Under the pieces are notes generated by a model, which was given only the letters and a program-made list of their open reading frames with translations, was not told the origin of the DNA and searched no databases. Of a DNA stretch of 64,000 nucleotides, positions 51,967 to 63,873 are shown one piece after another. The DNA is from Curvularia clavata. Its lineage: Eukaryota. The stretch is from contig CP089279.1 of the NCBI GenBank assembly GCA_023920165.1, positions 1,674,001 to 1,738,000 of the forward strand. Direction: 5' to 3'. The position numbers and the translations under genes were made by a program. The first letter of the stretch is position 1. Every line of letters begins with the position of its first letter.

Positions 51967-52135
51967 TCGCAACGACGACCCCGATTGGGGATTAAAGCGC
52001 TACCGCCCTACTCACGAGCCAATCCTTGGTTCAGTACCGTACATGTCGTACATTCCGCTGCCTACCAACTCGTTACCACTGTGCGGAGGGCCGCGGTACA
52101 TGGGGGAATCTGCAGTTAACGCACTGCCCAACTGA
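51320..52135 (+). CDS. J-like (DnaJ-domain) protein lacking the HPD motif
   Basis: DHYAILEITPRATTDEVKAAYRRLRVVYFSSDAKKYRALQAAFDVLMDPQSREAYD is a J-domain pattern. S/P-rich N-terminus and poly-Glu tract. The start may be 51341. Confidence 0.8.
51917..51964 (+). repeat. Perfect (GAA)16 coding microsatellite (poly-Glu)
   Basis: 16 uninterrupted GAA codons. Confidence 0.95.
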
Positions 52136-52859
52136 GGCCCCCCTTACCTCGTATCCCAAGCCGTAATCCGTGTCGACACGGCAATGTCGATTTTATTCAC
52201 GATTTCTTACACTCACTCAGCTTCTCGCATTTAACGGTCTTATCTTCCCTATATCCTGTCATGGGCGGCAATTTGCTTATTTATCCCTCTTTCGATCTCT
52301 CTCTCTTAGCGCTGTTACCAAGTCACGATGTCCCCTTCCATCCAATTGAAGGATCTTTTCCAACTCGCGTCATATAGATTGGCTCTAGATATCCCCTACA
52401 GATACTGAATGATAATGTATCAAAGTATATTCTATTCACTAAAATAATGCTCGTCGCTTCTGTGCTCCTGTGAATACATAGCTCTGTGTCTGATTGGCAA
52501 GCGTTCTTCTTTTCGTTATTCAGTACTGTCTTATTGCTTATTCCCCACACAGGTTCTGTCACTTCAACACTGCCATATCGGCCAACCAACGATCAAATGA
52601 CTAATGAACATTGAAACAAAGATACCAGTCCTGTGCCAACAAGTTTGTGAACAAGCTAGCCAAAATAAATCCAGAAGATTAAAAGTTAATGACATCACCA
52701 AGTGCACGAGAAGAGAGTGACGAATAACGGGAACCTGAGCTGCATTACTGATATCAAGCTCTATGATACAGAATGCTAAGATACAGATGCTAGATTCCAA
52801 TGTACCATTGTCATGCTCTATAAACTTCCTATTTGCTACATCTCGTCTGAGCGAGCCGA

Positions 52860-53442
52860 TTACTGGTCGAGCTTTACGGGGAAGTTTCCGGCCTCTGTTC
52901 CACATGTCAGCTGCTATCCCTGTCGAAAAACCTTGGTGCAGGCTGCACAGGTCGTCAGTGAATTGAGTGGGGAACCCACCACGCTGGTCATCCCATCGCG
53001 ACGTCCAGCCGCTAGGGCACAGGGACTTGTAGGCCAACATGAACTAGGATTGTTAGTACAGGCCTCTGTGTTCCGACAATTCAGCAGCTGCGCACCTGGC
53101 GGCAAGGAGCAAAGTCCTCGCCCTTGGCAATGATGCACTTGTGGTAGTCGACGTAGTTTTGCCAGCAGTGCTTGGTCTGGTTCTGGTTGGGAAAGCGGGC
53201 ATCGAAGCCTATATGCGCCACAGTCTATTAGTACCCCATCTCGCATTTCGAAAGCTTCAAGAAACCGCATTTCGTCGGATTTGAGCTGCAGAGGGATCTC
53301 GGGATTGGCGTACCAGCTGTGAAAGGACAAGTTAGCTTGGGAACTCAGATGCGCGGCATGGCGGGAAAAGCTCACCAGTGACGAACTTGAAGGGCTTGGT
53401 GACTAGCTCCTCGCCGTTCTCGCCGTTCTCGTTGTCAGACAT
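52860..53442 (-). CDS. COX12: Cytochrome c oxidase subunit 6B (Cox12)
   Basis: Exons 53442-53376, 53316-53314, 53208-53096, 53043-52980, 52894-52860 give [78 protein letters not shown], with the four conserved Cys. Confidence 0.96.
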
Positions 53443-53716
53443 GATTGCGATGGTGCGTCGGGTAGTGCTCAAGGTGGTGGGGCGGCAATGGCAGGCGGCG
53501 TTGGGCGAAGTGGTGACGGAAGTGAAGTTGTGAGGTTGCGATGGTTCGACCCGAGACGCTTTGTCCACACACAATTCGCTCGGCGTTTTCCGGGCAAGCA
53601 AGCTCCGCGAGCTCTCAGCGTGCCTGTGACGAAACCCGCGAAGCACTTTCGATCCCCAGCGACGACGCCAACTCTCCACTCCCGACTCCAATTGCAAAGT
53701 CACCAATTCCGCAATC

Positions 53717-54271
53717 ATGTTCAAAGCCACTCGCGCCCTTTCCATGCAGCCAACACGCATGATGGCCATGCAGCCCACGCGCATGATGGCTATGCGCCAG
53801 AGCCCGCAACTCTTCATGAGGCAGACCATGGCGCTGCGCAAGCCTGTGCCTGTAAGTCCCCTTGCATCCCTAGAACTTGGTCAACAGCTTGCTAACAATA
53901 TGTAGAAGGAGGAGCACAGCGGTAAGCCAATCATAGTCGGGCACTTTAACGCCAGTGGGCTCGAATTGACAGATTGAATAGCCCACACCGTATCCCAGCG
54001 CCTCCGCCAGCTTAAGAACATCCCCACTGAGATCTGGCCTCTCAGTACGTTGATAACCCCCCTTTTTTGCTTATTTGCCAGAATGCTTTGCTAACTCCGT
54101 TCCTAGTCGTCGTTCTCGGGTAAGCCCCTCCATCTCGCCTCACGTACTTATGACAATGGTGGTCTGACACGTATTTGCAGCATTGCCGTCGGCATGGCCT
54201 TCTTTTCCATCACCCGAAAACTCTGGGTCGACAAGACTCTCCGCCTCAAGAGGCAGGGCAAGCAAGAGTAG
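53717..54271 (+). CDS. NDUFA4/MLRQ (B12D)-family small mitochondrial membrane protein
   Basis: Exons 53717-53851, 53906-53921, 53982-54044, 54107-54119, 54181-54271. Acid-free presequence-like N-terminus, then AHTVSQRLRQLKNIPTEIWPLIVVLGIAVGMAFFSITRKLWVDKTLRLKRQG (E-x-x-P-L, transmembrane helix, RKL..D..LR pattern). Confidence 0.8.
53743..53790 (+). repeat. 24-bp tandem duplication encoding MQPTRMMA twice
   Basis: catgcagccaacacgcatgatggc followed by catgcagcccacgcgcatgatggc. Confidence 0.85.
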
Positions 54272-54646
54272 ATGCTTGGAACAGGGTCTGAATAAAGATT
54301 GAGTAGGAGAACTTGGAACGGCTCCAGCAGCCATGTGTATAGGTATAGCATAAGGGACTGCGTCCTTGTCAAGTTCAGAAATCAAGCATCGGATTTCCTT
54401 TGTGCTATGCCTCTTCCTGTCCCTCTAGATTTGCGTGAAGATATATATCATGGCACGGCGTTGCGATTGAGTTTCGACATATATGCTCTTTGGACCATGT
54501 GGCTATGTGATGGGAGTCGTTATATAGTCGCTTGAATCAACATGGAAATAGTCCGTCTAACAGCAGATGGTATCTATCAAAGATACAATTTCCCCAAACG
54601 CCAGGAACGCCATACTTAGATAATACGTGCAAGTACAACGCAGACT

Positions 54647-55170
54647 TTACGCTGGCTTTGGCCCAGCTTCGTCCAACCCTTCCAAGCCCTGCATTGGGTC
54701 CATGGGTCCATTTGCCTCGTCTTGCGCCTGCTCGCTGGCTTTGCGATCCTCCTCGCTCACAGCATGCTTCGCCAGCCACCCTTCCTGCGTCTTCATTAGT
54801 ATATTTACCACGCGCCTACAGTTTTACTGAGGATAAATACCTGCTCCCAGATCGCCGTCTTGCTGCCTAATCCTTCGTTGGCGTCTTTCTGTGGTTTGGC
54901 TGGCGCTACCTTGATGACGGACCCATAGAGCTCACTCCGGTCCATATTATCAATAGCGTCGGCCGCGTCGGCTGCAGTCTCAAACTCGACATATCCGAAT
55001 CCTCGGTGTTGCTCGCCCTGGTTTTGGTTTTCCGGTTTTGGAAGGTTCACCTCGACAATATCGCCAAATGGCAGAAATGCGTGGAAGAGTGTCTGCTGTG
55101 TTACCGCCTGATCAAGCCCGCCGACGAATACTGTGGCCTTAAGTCGTGAAGTGTCAGACAAGTTGGACAT
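54647..55170 (-). CDS. RRM protein resembling the N-terminal half of cyclophilin E (PPIE/Cyp33), no PPIase domain
   Basis: Exons 55170-54841 and 54784-54647. RNP2 VFVGGL, FLPFGDIVEV, RNP1 HRGFGYVEF, AIDNMDRSELYG, AIWEQEGWL, then a short acidic tail. Confidence 0.85.
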
Positions 55171-55506
55171 GGTTGCCTGTAGTGTGCGACTCGGTCCTGT
55201 TTCGCGGAGAGGTTGCGTTGCAGAGGTTGGACGGAAATTCGATATCACGTGGCTAGTTAGCGGGCCCCACAAATCGGGCGGCGCCCGCGCAATGGACCAG
55301 GGAAGGACAGGTGGATGCATTGCATGTTGAAGCGCATCGTTGCCTCGTCTCTCACTCAGCACTCCCAACACGTTACCGACTCTCCTTTCTAACACGTATA
55401 CGTCCTGGCTCGGTCTTCAAGAACGTCTTGTCAATTCATTGTTTCGTCCCTTGCAAGACATCCAATCCTCTAGTCTGACGACATCGTGGTGCGAGCGCCG
55501 CCCGTC

Positions 55507-58500
55507 ATGGTCCGTCTACGAGAGATCCCCCGGACGGCCGCTTTTGCTTGGTCGCCCGGTCCAACTCAGCCCTTGGTTGCGACAGGAACAAAAGCTGGAG
55601 CTGTAGACGCCGACTTCTCCAACGAAACACAGCTCGAGCTTTGGGAACTTGGTTTGGACAATAGCGAACAGGGCGTTGAGCTCAAGCCAGTTGCTACTGT
55701 AAGCGTAGAGTCAAGGTACATGACCAATGGATCCGAAAGCTTGCACAGCAGGGGCTAATTATTTCATAGATTCAATGACATCGCATGGAGTCAGCCTAGT
55801 GAACAATACCCGCGGGGAGTAATAGCAGGCGCACTCGATAGCGGGGTACTGATACTGTGGGATGCGGAGAAACTACAGGCAGGCGAAGGGTCAGAGCGTT
55901 CTCGGAATAGAAAGTGACTATGCACGACTGACCTCCATGCAGTGACGAAGCCGAAATCGACCAGATAGAGAAGCACACTGGCCCCATCCAAGCGATACAA
56001 TTCAACCCATTCCGTACCAATATCCTCGCCTCAGCGGGTGCCAAAGGCGAACTATATATTCACGACATTGACGATGAATCCAAGTCCTTCCGCTTGGGCA
56101 AGGCTGGAGCAAATCCTGACGAGTACACCACTTTAGACTGGAACAAGAAGGTTGCGCACATTCTTGCAACTGGCAGCAGTGGCGGTTTTGTGACCGTCTG
56201 GGACGTTAAGCTGAAGAAGGAGAATCTCACACTGAACCACTATGGGCGGAAGACTGTCAGTGCAGTCTCATGGGACCCCAATGTGCCCACCAGGCTAGCC
56301 ACTGCCATTCCAACAGATCAGAACCCACTCGTGCTTGTTTGGGACCTGCGTAATACTAATGCACCCGAGAAAACGCTGCAAGCCCACGACCAGGGCGTGC
56401 TCTCCCTCTCATGGTGTGTCCAAGACAGTGACCTTCTCCTCTCTTGCGGCAAAGACAACAGGACAATTGCTTGGAATCCGCATACTGGAGAGCTGCTGGG
56501 CGAGTTCCCTGTTGTGACCAATTGGACTTTCCAAACAAGATTCAATCCCGCGAATCCGAATCTCCTCGCAACCGCGTCCTTTGACGGCAAGATTGCGGTT
56601 CAGACTTTACAGAACACCACGGCTGCTGTGGACCACAAGAAGGCGGCCACCCAAGCACCTGAGGGAGAGGATTTCTTTGCGCAGACACACGCAGAGCCTC
56701 AGGGCGCATCATTCTCTCTCAAGACACCCCCGAAATGGTTGAAGAGAAGAGCAGGCGTGGCCTTTGGCTTCGGCGGAAAGTTGGTACGATTCGGCATTGT
56801 CGACAACAAGTCTAAGGTTTCGATATCGACTTTCGCAGTAGACCCCAACGTTAGCACAACGAGTGAAGAGTTTGACAAGGCTTTGCAGGAGGGCAACCTC
56901 ACGTCAATCTGCGAGTCGAAGATCTCCAAGGCGACCAACGAGGAGGAGAAGGCAGATTGGACTGTGATTGAGACTCTAATTTCAGAGAACCCCCGTAGCA
57001 AACTCGTGGAATACCTGGGCTTTGCCGACAAGGGAGAAGAGCCAGAGGAGGAAAACAAGGAAGCCAAGACAAACGGCGATGCGGGCGACACCGCCGATGA
57101 GGGCGCCTCGTTCTTCGAAAATGCTACTGACGAGGGCAACTTTCTTTCAGACCTTGCGGCTTCCAAGGGTGCGAAGACCAACAATCCCTTCCAGATCTAT
57201 ACCGGCTCAGAATCAGAGGCCGACACCAAAATCACACGCAGTCTTATGCTAGGGGACTTCAATGCGGCATTGGACGTATGCCTGAAGGAAAACCGACTAT
57301 CGGATGCTTTCATGATTGCTATCTGTGGTGGTGAGAAATGCATTGCCAAGGCACAAGCAGCGTACTTCAAGAAGCAGTCAGACGCGCCTAACTACCTCCG
57401 CCTGCTTGCCTCTGTTGTCGGAAAGAACCTGTGGGATTTCGTGTACAACGCTGATCTCAAAGATTGGAGGGAGGTCATGGCTACCATCTGCACTTTTGCC
57501 GACCAAGCCGACTTTCCCGATCTCTGTGAAGCCCTTGGGGATCGTCTCGAGGAGGCTTTCTCCGAAGGTAACACTTCGTACCGCAAAGACGCATCCTTCT
57601 GCTACTTGGCTGGTTCCAAGCTTGAGAAGGTTGTTGTCAACTGGGCGCAGGAGCTGCAGGAGAACGAAAAGGCTAGCATTGAGAAGACCGATGGCGATAG
57701 CAGCTTCTCCATCCACGCACGATCACTGCAAGAGTTTATCGAGAAGGTCACCGTTTTCCGTAAGGTGACCAACTTCAAGGACACTGAACAGCAGAAGGAT
57801 GCCGACTGGAAGCTTGAGCCCTTGTACGCAAAGTACGTTGAGTACGCTGATATTGCATCTGCTCACGGGCAATTATCGATTGCGGAGAAGTACCTCGACC
57901 TACTTCCCGAAAAGTACCCAGCAGCAGATGTGGCAAGAAACCGTGTCAAGCAAGCGACGAGAAAGGCCGCAGCGCAGCCAGCAGCAGCTCACAGGCCAAC
58001 TCAGTCTACTGCCAGCGGACGACGCCAGGTTGTCGTTCCATCCTATGGCCAACCCGCGGCAGCAACACCGACACCACCTCAACCAACACCATATGCTCCA
58101 ACCAACCCACTCCAGACACAGCCCGGAGCATCACCTTATGCTCCAGTCAACCCCTTGTCACAGCAGGCTCAGGCTGCTGTACGATCGCCATACGCACCCG
58201 CAGGTGCAACACCCAGTAACGCTTACACCCCTACTGGTTATCAACCTTCACAGCCATCTATGGCCCAGCCAGCCTATGGCGGATTCAACCAGGCTCCGCA
58301 GCAGAACTCAATCGCGCCTCCGCCTCGCAATTTCTCCAACTCCCCGTCCATTGTACCTGCAGCCAACAGAGGCCATATCCCAGCATGGAACGACACACCA
58401 GACTTTGGCCCGCCGAAGCCAGCGTCACGCCGTAGCACTCCAATGAATGCTGTAGCTTCTCCATTCCCGAACCAGCAACCGGCTATGGCAGGCCCACCAC

Positions 58501-59480
58501 AGGGTCCATTCTCTCCCGGTGCAAGGTCGACACCACCACCTCCACCAAAGGGTCCGCCAACTGGTCCTCCTCGGATGACTTCGCCGCCAACCGGTCCTCC
58601 GCAAGCAGGCACTCCAAGCCAATATGCTCCTCCACAACCCGCTGGCTTCGCACCACCTCCACAAGCGCCAGTGCAGCGTGGAGCATCACCCTATGCTCCT
58701 CCGACCGCTTCTGCACCGCCTTCGAACCGCTATGCTCCTGCCGCCGGTTCACAGCCATCAGCTCCACCAGGACCAATGGGTGGTATGCCACCGCCACGGA
58801 ACATTGCACCACCACCAGGTCAGTTCACACCGGCGGTATCACCATACGCGCCCTCGCCTGTTCAGCAAACGCCTCCCCCAGCTGCGGCTCCACCACCAAG
58901 GGGCCCGCCACAAGGTCCTCCACGAGCTGGACCTCCTCCAGGAGGCCCACCAAGGTCTGATTCTCGGCCTGGAAGTGGACAGTCGCACACAGCTGCACCT
59001 GTGGCAGCCAAGCATCGTAAGTCTTTCCTCTCTGTACTAGGGTTCGTTTATTCCTAGACATATTTTGCTAATTCCGAAAAGCTCCTGGTGACCGATCGCA
59101 TATTCCCGATGCATCTCGACCCATCTATGAGATTCTTGAGGCAGAGCTTCAGCGTGTCAAGAGCAAGGCTCCTGCCCAATACAGGCAACACGTCGCCGAT
59201 ACAGAGAAGCGACTCAACATCCTGTTTGATCATCTTAACAACGAGGACCTACTCAAACCGGACACTATCCAGCAGATGAACGAGTTGGCGGTCAATATTC
59301 AAGGCAAACAGTTTGATGCAGCCTTCGCCATCTTCTCTGATCTGATGACTAACAAGACTGACGAAGGCAGCAACTGGTTGGTAAGTTAGATTTATAACAT
59401 TGATCGCTCAAGAATGCCTTCTAATACCGAAACAGGTTGGTGTCAAGCGCTTGATTCAATTTGGCAAGTCGACTGCCTAG
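55507..59480 (+). CDS. SEC31: COPII coat protein Sec31
   Basis: Exons 55507-55715, 55770-55889, 55943-59016, 59082-59380, 59436-59480. [19 protein letters not shown]40 repeats, [19 protein letters not shown], Pro-rich region, C-terminal [22 protein letters not shown]. Confidence 0.97.
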
Positions 59481-59923
59481 AGAGCTTCTGCTATCAGAAA
59501 GCTCGGGAGTGTCCCAGAAGGGTTTGTTATGGTGTACAAGTAGTATGAAGCATGGAATCTTGGACGATGAAAAGTCTTGCGTATCAACATCGTGTAAATG
59601 ATAGATGGCATGCAATATACACTAAATCATTCTTTATGTGATTGACCGAAAGATTTCTGATTCATGCATCGTCTTGAGCGTGACCTTGACCAATGTTTTT
59701 TGCATGTTTTATTGTGATAAAGGGGACACATGTACCGGGATATTTGATAGTTCTGTATGAAGTTAAGGGCGTGGGTAGCCGTCTGGTTGGGTAAGGTAGA
59801 GAGGGGTGGCCACCGATGTCCCACATGCAGATGCCAAGATGCGACCCATTGGCGCTACGAGGGCCTGCACTAAGAATCTCTCGAATCTCCCCAACCCCGA
59901 GTCAACACCATAGCATAGCAACC

Positions 59924-60805
59924 ATGGTACACATATTAAAGCGCATGCGCAAATTGCGCGAGGTAAGCAATTGGACTCCGGAATCACCTTTTAGACGCTG
60001 GACAGGACTGACAGACACCACAGAAGGTATGTTCTTTTCTGCCGCAAGCACCTCCGAAACCGCCGCTCGCAACCCTACCTACAAGCCCGCAAAGCATGAA
60101 AAATAGAACAAATCGCTGACGGTGTCTTTTCAAGCTGCTATGGATAAGATGTGGGCCTGGCGCTCTCATATTACCGAAGGAGGTGTCGAAGATTAGCATG
60201 GAGTTTAACACAAAGATCTACGGAGGACACCGAGGGGCAAGGTACGCTGAAAATCGACTTGAATTATGGCTGCAAGAATACAGCGTGGCTATGAATAGGA
60301 GTCGTGTTCCCATGTTTACACTGCGGACAGGAAATTCTGGCGCGAGATGCTGCCCCGAATAAAGTACCGAAATCCATCCATCCCAATTGAAATTTCACGA
60401 CACAACGACGCAGACGGACCGTCTCTCCTCCACATCTTTACCGCTTCGAAAACGCAGCCCGCGGCGGGTACTACCAATTCACCGATAGCGCAACAGTCTG
60501 ATTCTGCGCCACCATCCGGCACACCAAACGCACGCAATAGCCTAGTGCCCGACAGCTCGAAACCCACATATACGATCAACATAAAAGACCAACTGGAGAG
60601 CGAGATACTGGAGGCACTCGTGGCAAAGACGGGAGCGCAGGAAATCAAGCCCAGCGAGGAGGAATTAGCAGAGATGCAGGAGATTGCAGAGTTCAAGGAG
60701 AGGAGCGAGGCGGACAGAGTACAAGTCCGAGAAAGGTTACTGAAGGAACGCAGGGAAGCCGAGCTGCTCAAGTTGGCGAGGGGAGAGGTACCCGTGACGA
60801 ACTAG
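59924..60805 (+). CDS. Mitochondrial ribosomal protein Mrp49-like (L51/S25/CI-B8 domain)
   Basis: Exons 59924-59962, 60024-60026, 60135-60241, 60331-60805 give MVHILKRMRKLREKLLWIRCGPGALILPKEV...GGHRGARKFWREMLPRIKYRNPSIPI. Confidence 0.85.
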
Positions 60806-61833
60806 GCATTTGGGCATGACTGAGGAGATATGCCGTCTTGAACGAATGGGACATTTGCGGGACGGTTGGATGATAGTAGTGTAGCCTTTGAACACTCGAC
60901 TGGCTTTAGAGTTACTGTATAACATGTACATTTTCCAGGACGTGCATATCAGATGGGTCGACTGCATGCGTGCCAAAGACCAGGCCTTGGGTCGCTCTTT
61001 GCAAACTAAGAAGCAACGTCGCTTTCTTTGGCGTGAGACGAGTCACAATGCATATGACGCCATTGTTTGTAAACATGCGATTGAGTTCAAGTTGCAAGAG
61101 GGCGAGTGGAAAGTTGTATATCAGGATTGCAGGCGCTCAGCGTTGCTCGCAAAGCCGTGCACGACGCAAACATGTACTGGGAGAAGACCAGATATGTAGC
61201 CGACTGGGTTAGTCCCAAGCATCAACGGCCGACGGCCTAGCAAAAGGGAGACGGAATCAGTCTGCCTGGCAGACATCCTTACACCGAGCTCGAACCTTGC
61301 GGTGAGCTCAGGCTGCGGGAAGCTGCCAATGTTGTTCTGCGCTCCTGTCGTCCGAAACCTTCTACCGAGAAAGAAGAAGGCTCCATGATGGACGAGCTGT
61401 CAGAATCTCAACCGATGCACACCGCCGCAGAGAGCAAGCCCTCTGGGCGGTGGATGGGAGTTTCTGACACAGGGCGTGGATGGAGAGAAGACAGTGGTTC
61501 GGCGCGACGAACTTTTTTTATGCGATCCGGCTAATCGTCGGAGCGCGTTCGGCGCTAGGGCCTTGGCGCGAAACTCGTCGTCGCCGGAGGTGCCCATGTT
61601 GCCCGCAGCCTGTGAGCGGGTACCCAACATCACTCTCTCATCTTGTCAGTGGACCGCGTTTGCCTGACTCAAACACTGTGTTCGCTCCAAAGGCAGGCCA
61701 AGCCAACTCTATCCATTTCCCCTCGTGCGGTCACGCCACCACCCTGCCCTTGGTACTCTGTGCGCTTCTGTAACGCGCCTCGCCATCTAGCCCGTCGCCC
61801 TGCCCAAGTCATCCCCGCCCGACGGCAGCCACC

Positions 61834-63873
61834 ATGGTGGACCTATCCATCGATGAGGCGAACAAGATTCGTCTGTCTATGGGCCTCCCCGCTCTTCCCG
61901 GTGGAAGTGCCTCTGCAGCGCCCGCAGCGCCCTCCAATCTTGACTTCAAACCAGCCAAAGCTGGTGATGATTCCGACGACGAGCCCGCGAGCACCATCGA
62001 TACGCGCCAAGCCGCTGCCTCTGACAATTGGAAGAAACTCGAGCAAGAAAGGTTGGCAAAGATTAAGCGTGAGGAGCGCGCGGCTGCAATCAAGAAGGAG
62101 CGCGAGAGGGCGTCGCGCTTTGCCAAGCTCGAGGGCAAAGGACTCGCTGACGAGGAAGATGTAGACGATGACTTGGCTTGGTTGAAGAGCAGCAAGAAGC
62201 GCCAGAAGAAGATTGCCAAGGAGGAGCAGATGCGCAAGGAACTCGAGGAGCGTGAGCGCCAGGCGCTTGAAGCCATGCAGTACACTGATAAGGACCTCGC
62301 CGGTATCAAAGTTGGCCATGAGCTTGACCAGTTTGACGATGAGGATCAGATTCTAGTACTCAAGGATACTGCCGTGGACGCCGAAGACGACGACGACGAG
62401 CTCGAGGCAGTGGCGCTGAGGGAGAAGGAGCGCCTGCAAGAGCGACTCGACTCAAAGAAGCGAAAACGCGCCTACGATCCGAACGACATGGACGAGTCCG
62501 GCCAAAAATCTATCCTGGCACAATACGATGACGAGATTGAAGGCAAGAAGGGCAAGGCCTTTACACTAGACGGCAAGGGCAGGACCGTGGAAGCCATCCA
62601 AGCCGAGGCCGAGGGTTCTACAAAGCCAAAGAAGGTTGCCATCAGTCTGGACATCCTCAAAGAAGATGCGCCTGCAAATGACTACATGGACGCTTCAGAA
62701 GTCAAAATGAAGAAGCCCAAAAAGAAGAAGAGCAGGAAGTCCAAGCGCGAGCGCATCGAAGACGAGGAAGAAATGCTTGCTCTAGTCGCGGATGAGCCTA
62801 CCGCCGACGACATGGACATCGATGGCGGAGAATTCACTGCGCAACAACAGAAGAAGAAAAAGGTCTTTGACGAATCGTTTGTAGATGATGACGATCTCCA
62901 AGCAAACCTTGCAGCGCAGCGTCAAAAAGCCCTCAAAAAGCGCAAGAAGATGCGGCCGGAAGACTTGGCACGACAATTGCGCGAAGAGGCCACCACCCCT
63001 CAGCCTGACGTTCTTGAATCCACAGAAGACGGGGACGTCGGACTAGTCATTGACGAGACAACCGAGTTTGTTCAGAGTCTGGGTACAGCTGGTGATGATG
63101 AGGATGAAGCACGTCGGAAACGCAGAAAATCCAGTAGTCGTTTCTCCGAAGGCATCAAATCGATGGGCGACATTCCAGCCGCTGACGAGGACGGTGACGT
63201 CGAGATGGGTCAATCATATGCTGAAGCTGCTGAAGCGGAAGAGGCACGGAACCGTAGTGTATCTCGTGCTCTCTCTGCGGATATCACTGAAATGGGTCTC
63301 GAAGCCGAAAAGACCGTCGATCAAGGTATGGGTGCTACCCTCGCGCTGCTCAAGCAGCGAGGACTGGTCGCCGAGTCCGATGGTACTGAGAAGAACGCTA
63401 TGTACCGTGAGCGTCAGAAGTTCCTGGCGGATAAGTTCAAGGCTGAAGCCGAAGCCGAACATCAACGCAAACTTGCTCGTGAGCGCGAACGCAACTCCGC
63501 TCGTTGGAAGAAGATGACTTTCCGTGAGCGTGAAGAATGGGCTCGCAAAAACAACGTCAATGCAGACATGGCCGAGAGCCGTCGTCTTGCCGACCTCTTC
63601 AACAAGGAGTACACACCAAACATTGAGCTCAAGTATGTCGATGAGCACGGCCGTCAAATGAACCAGAAAGAGGCGTTCAAGCAACTCAGTCACCAATTCC
63701 ACGGAAAGGGTAGTGGAAACACCAAGACACAGAAGCGCCTTGAGAAGATTGAAGCTGAGAAGAAGAGGTTGGCTCAGAGCTCGTTTGAACCTACTCGAAG
63801 CGGAGGTGGTCTGGGCAACGCATTTGACGACCAGGCCAAGAAGAAGGGTACTGCCGGTGTTCGCCTGCAGTAA
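61834..63873 (+). CDS. SNU66: U4/U6.U5 tri-snRNP-associated protein Snu66/SART-1
   Basis: 679-aa ORF with HIND-like LSIDEANKIRLSMGL, DLAGIKVGHELDQF, ILVLKD, ILAQYDDEI, and C-terminal YVDEHGRQMNQKEAFKQLSHQFHGKGSG. Confidence 0.93.
   Translation: MVDLSIDEANKIRLSMGLPALPGGSASAAPAAPSNLDFKPAKAGDDSDDEPASTIDTRQAAASDNWKKLEQERLAKIKREERAAAIKKERERASRFAKLEGKGLADEEDVDDDLAWLKSSKKRQKKIAKEEQMRKELEERERQALEAMQYTDKDLAGIKVGHELDQFDDEDQILVLKDTAVDAEDDDDELEAVALREKERLQERLDSKKRKRAYDPNDMDESGQKSILAQYDDEIEGKKGKAFTLDGKGRTVEAIQAEAEGSTKPKKVAISLDILKEDAPANDYMDASEVKMKKPKKKKSRKSKRERIEDEEEMLALVADEPTADDMDIDGGEFTAQQQKKKKVFDESFVDDDDLQANLAAQRQKALKKRKKMRPEDLARQLREEATTPQPDVLESTEDGDVGLVIDETTEFVQSLGTAGDDEDEARRKRRKSSSRFSEGIKSMGDIPAADEDGDVEMGQSYAEAAEAEEARNRSVSRALSADITEMGLEAEKTVDQGMGATLALLKQRGLVAESDGTEKNAMYRERQKFLADKFKAEAEAEHQRKLARERERNSARWKKMTFREREEWARKNNVNADMAESRRLADLFNKEYTPNIELKYVDEHGRQMNQKEAFKQLSHQFHGKGSGNTKTQKRLEKIEAEKKRLAQSSFEPTRSGGGLGNAFDDQAKKKGTAGVRLQ

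Noticed and set aside
55171..55395. In-frame upstream extension of the RRM protein
   Set aside because: It covers most of the promoter shared with SEC31 and has no targeting-signal character; probably chance.
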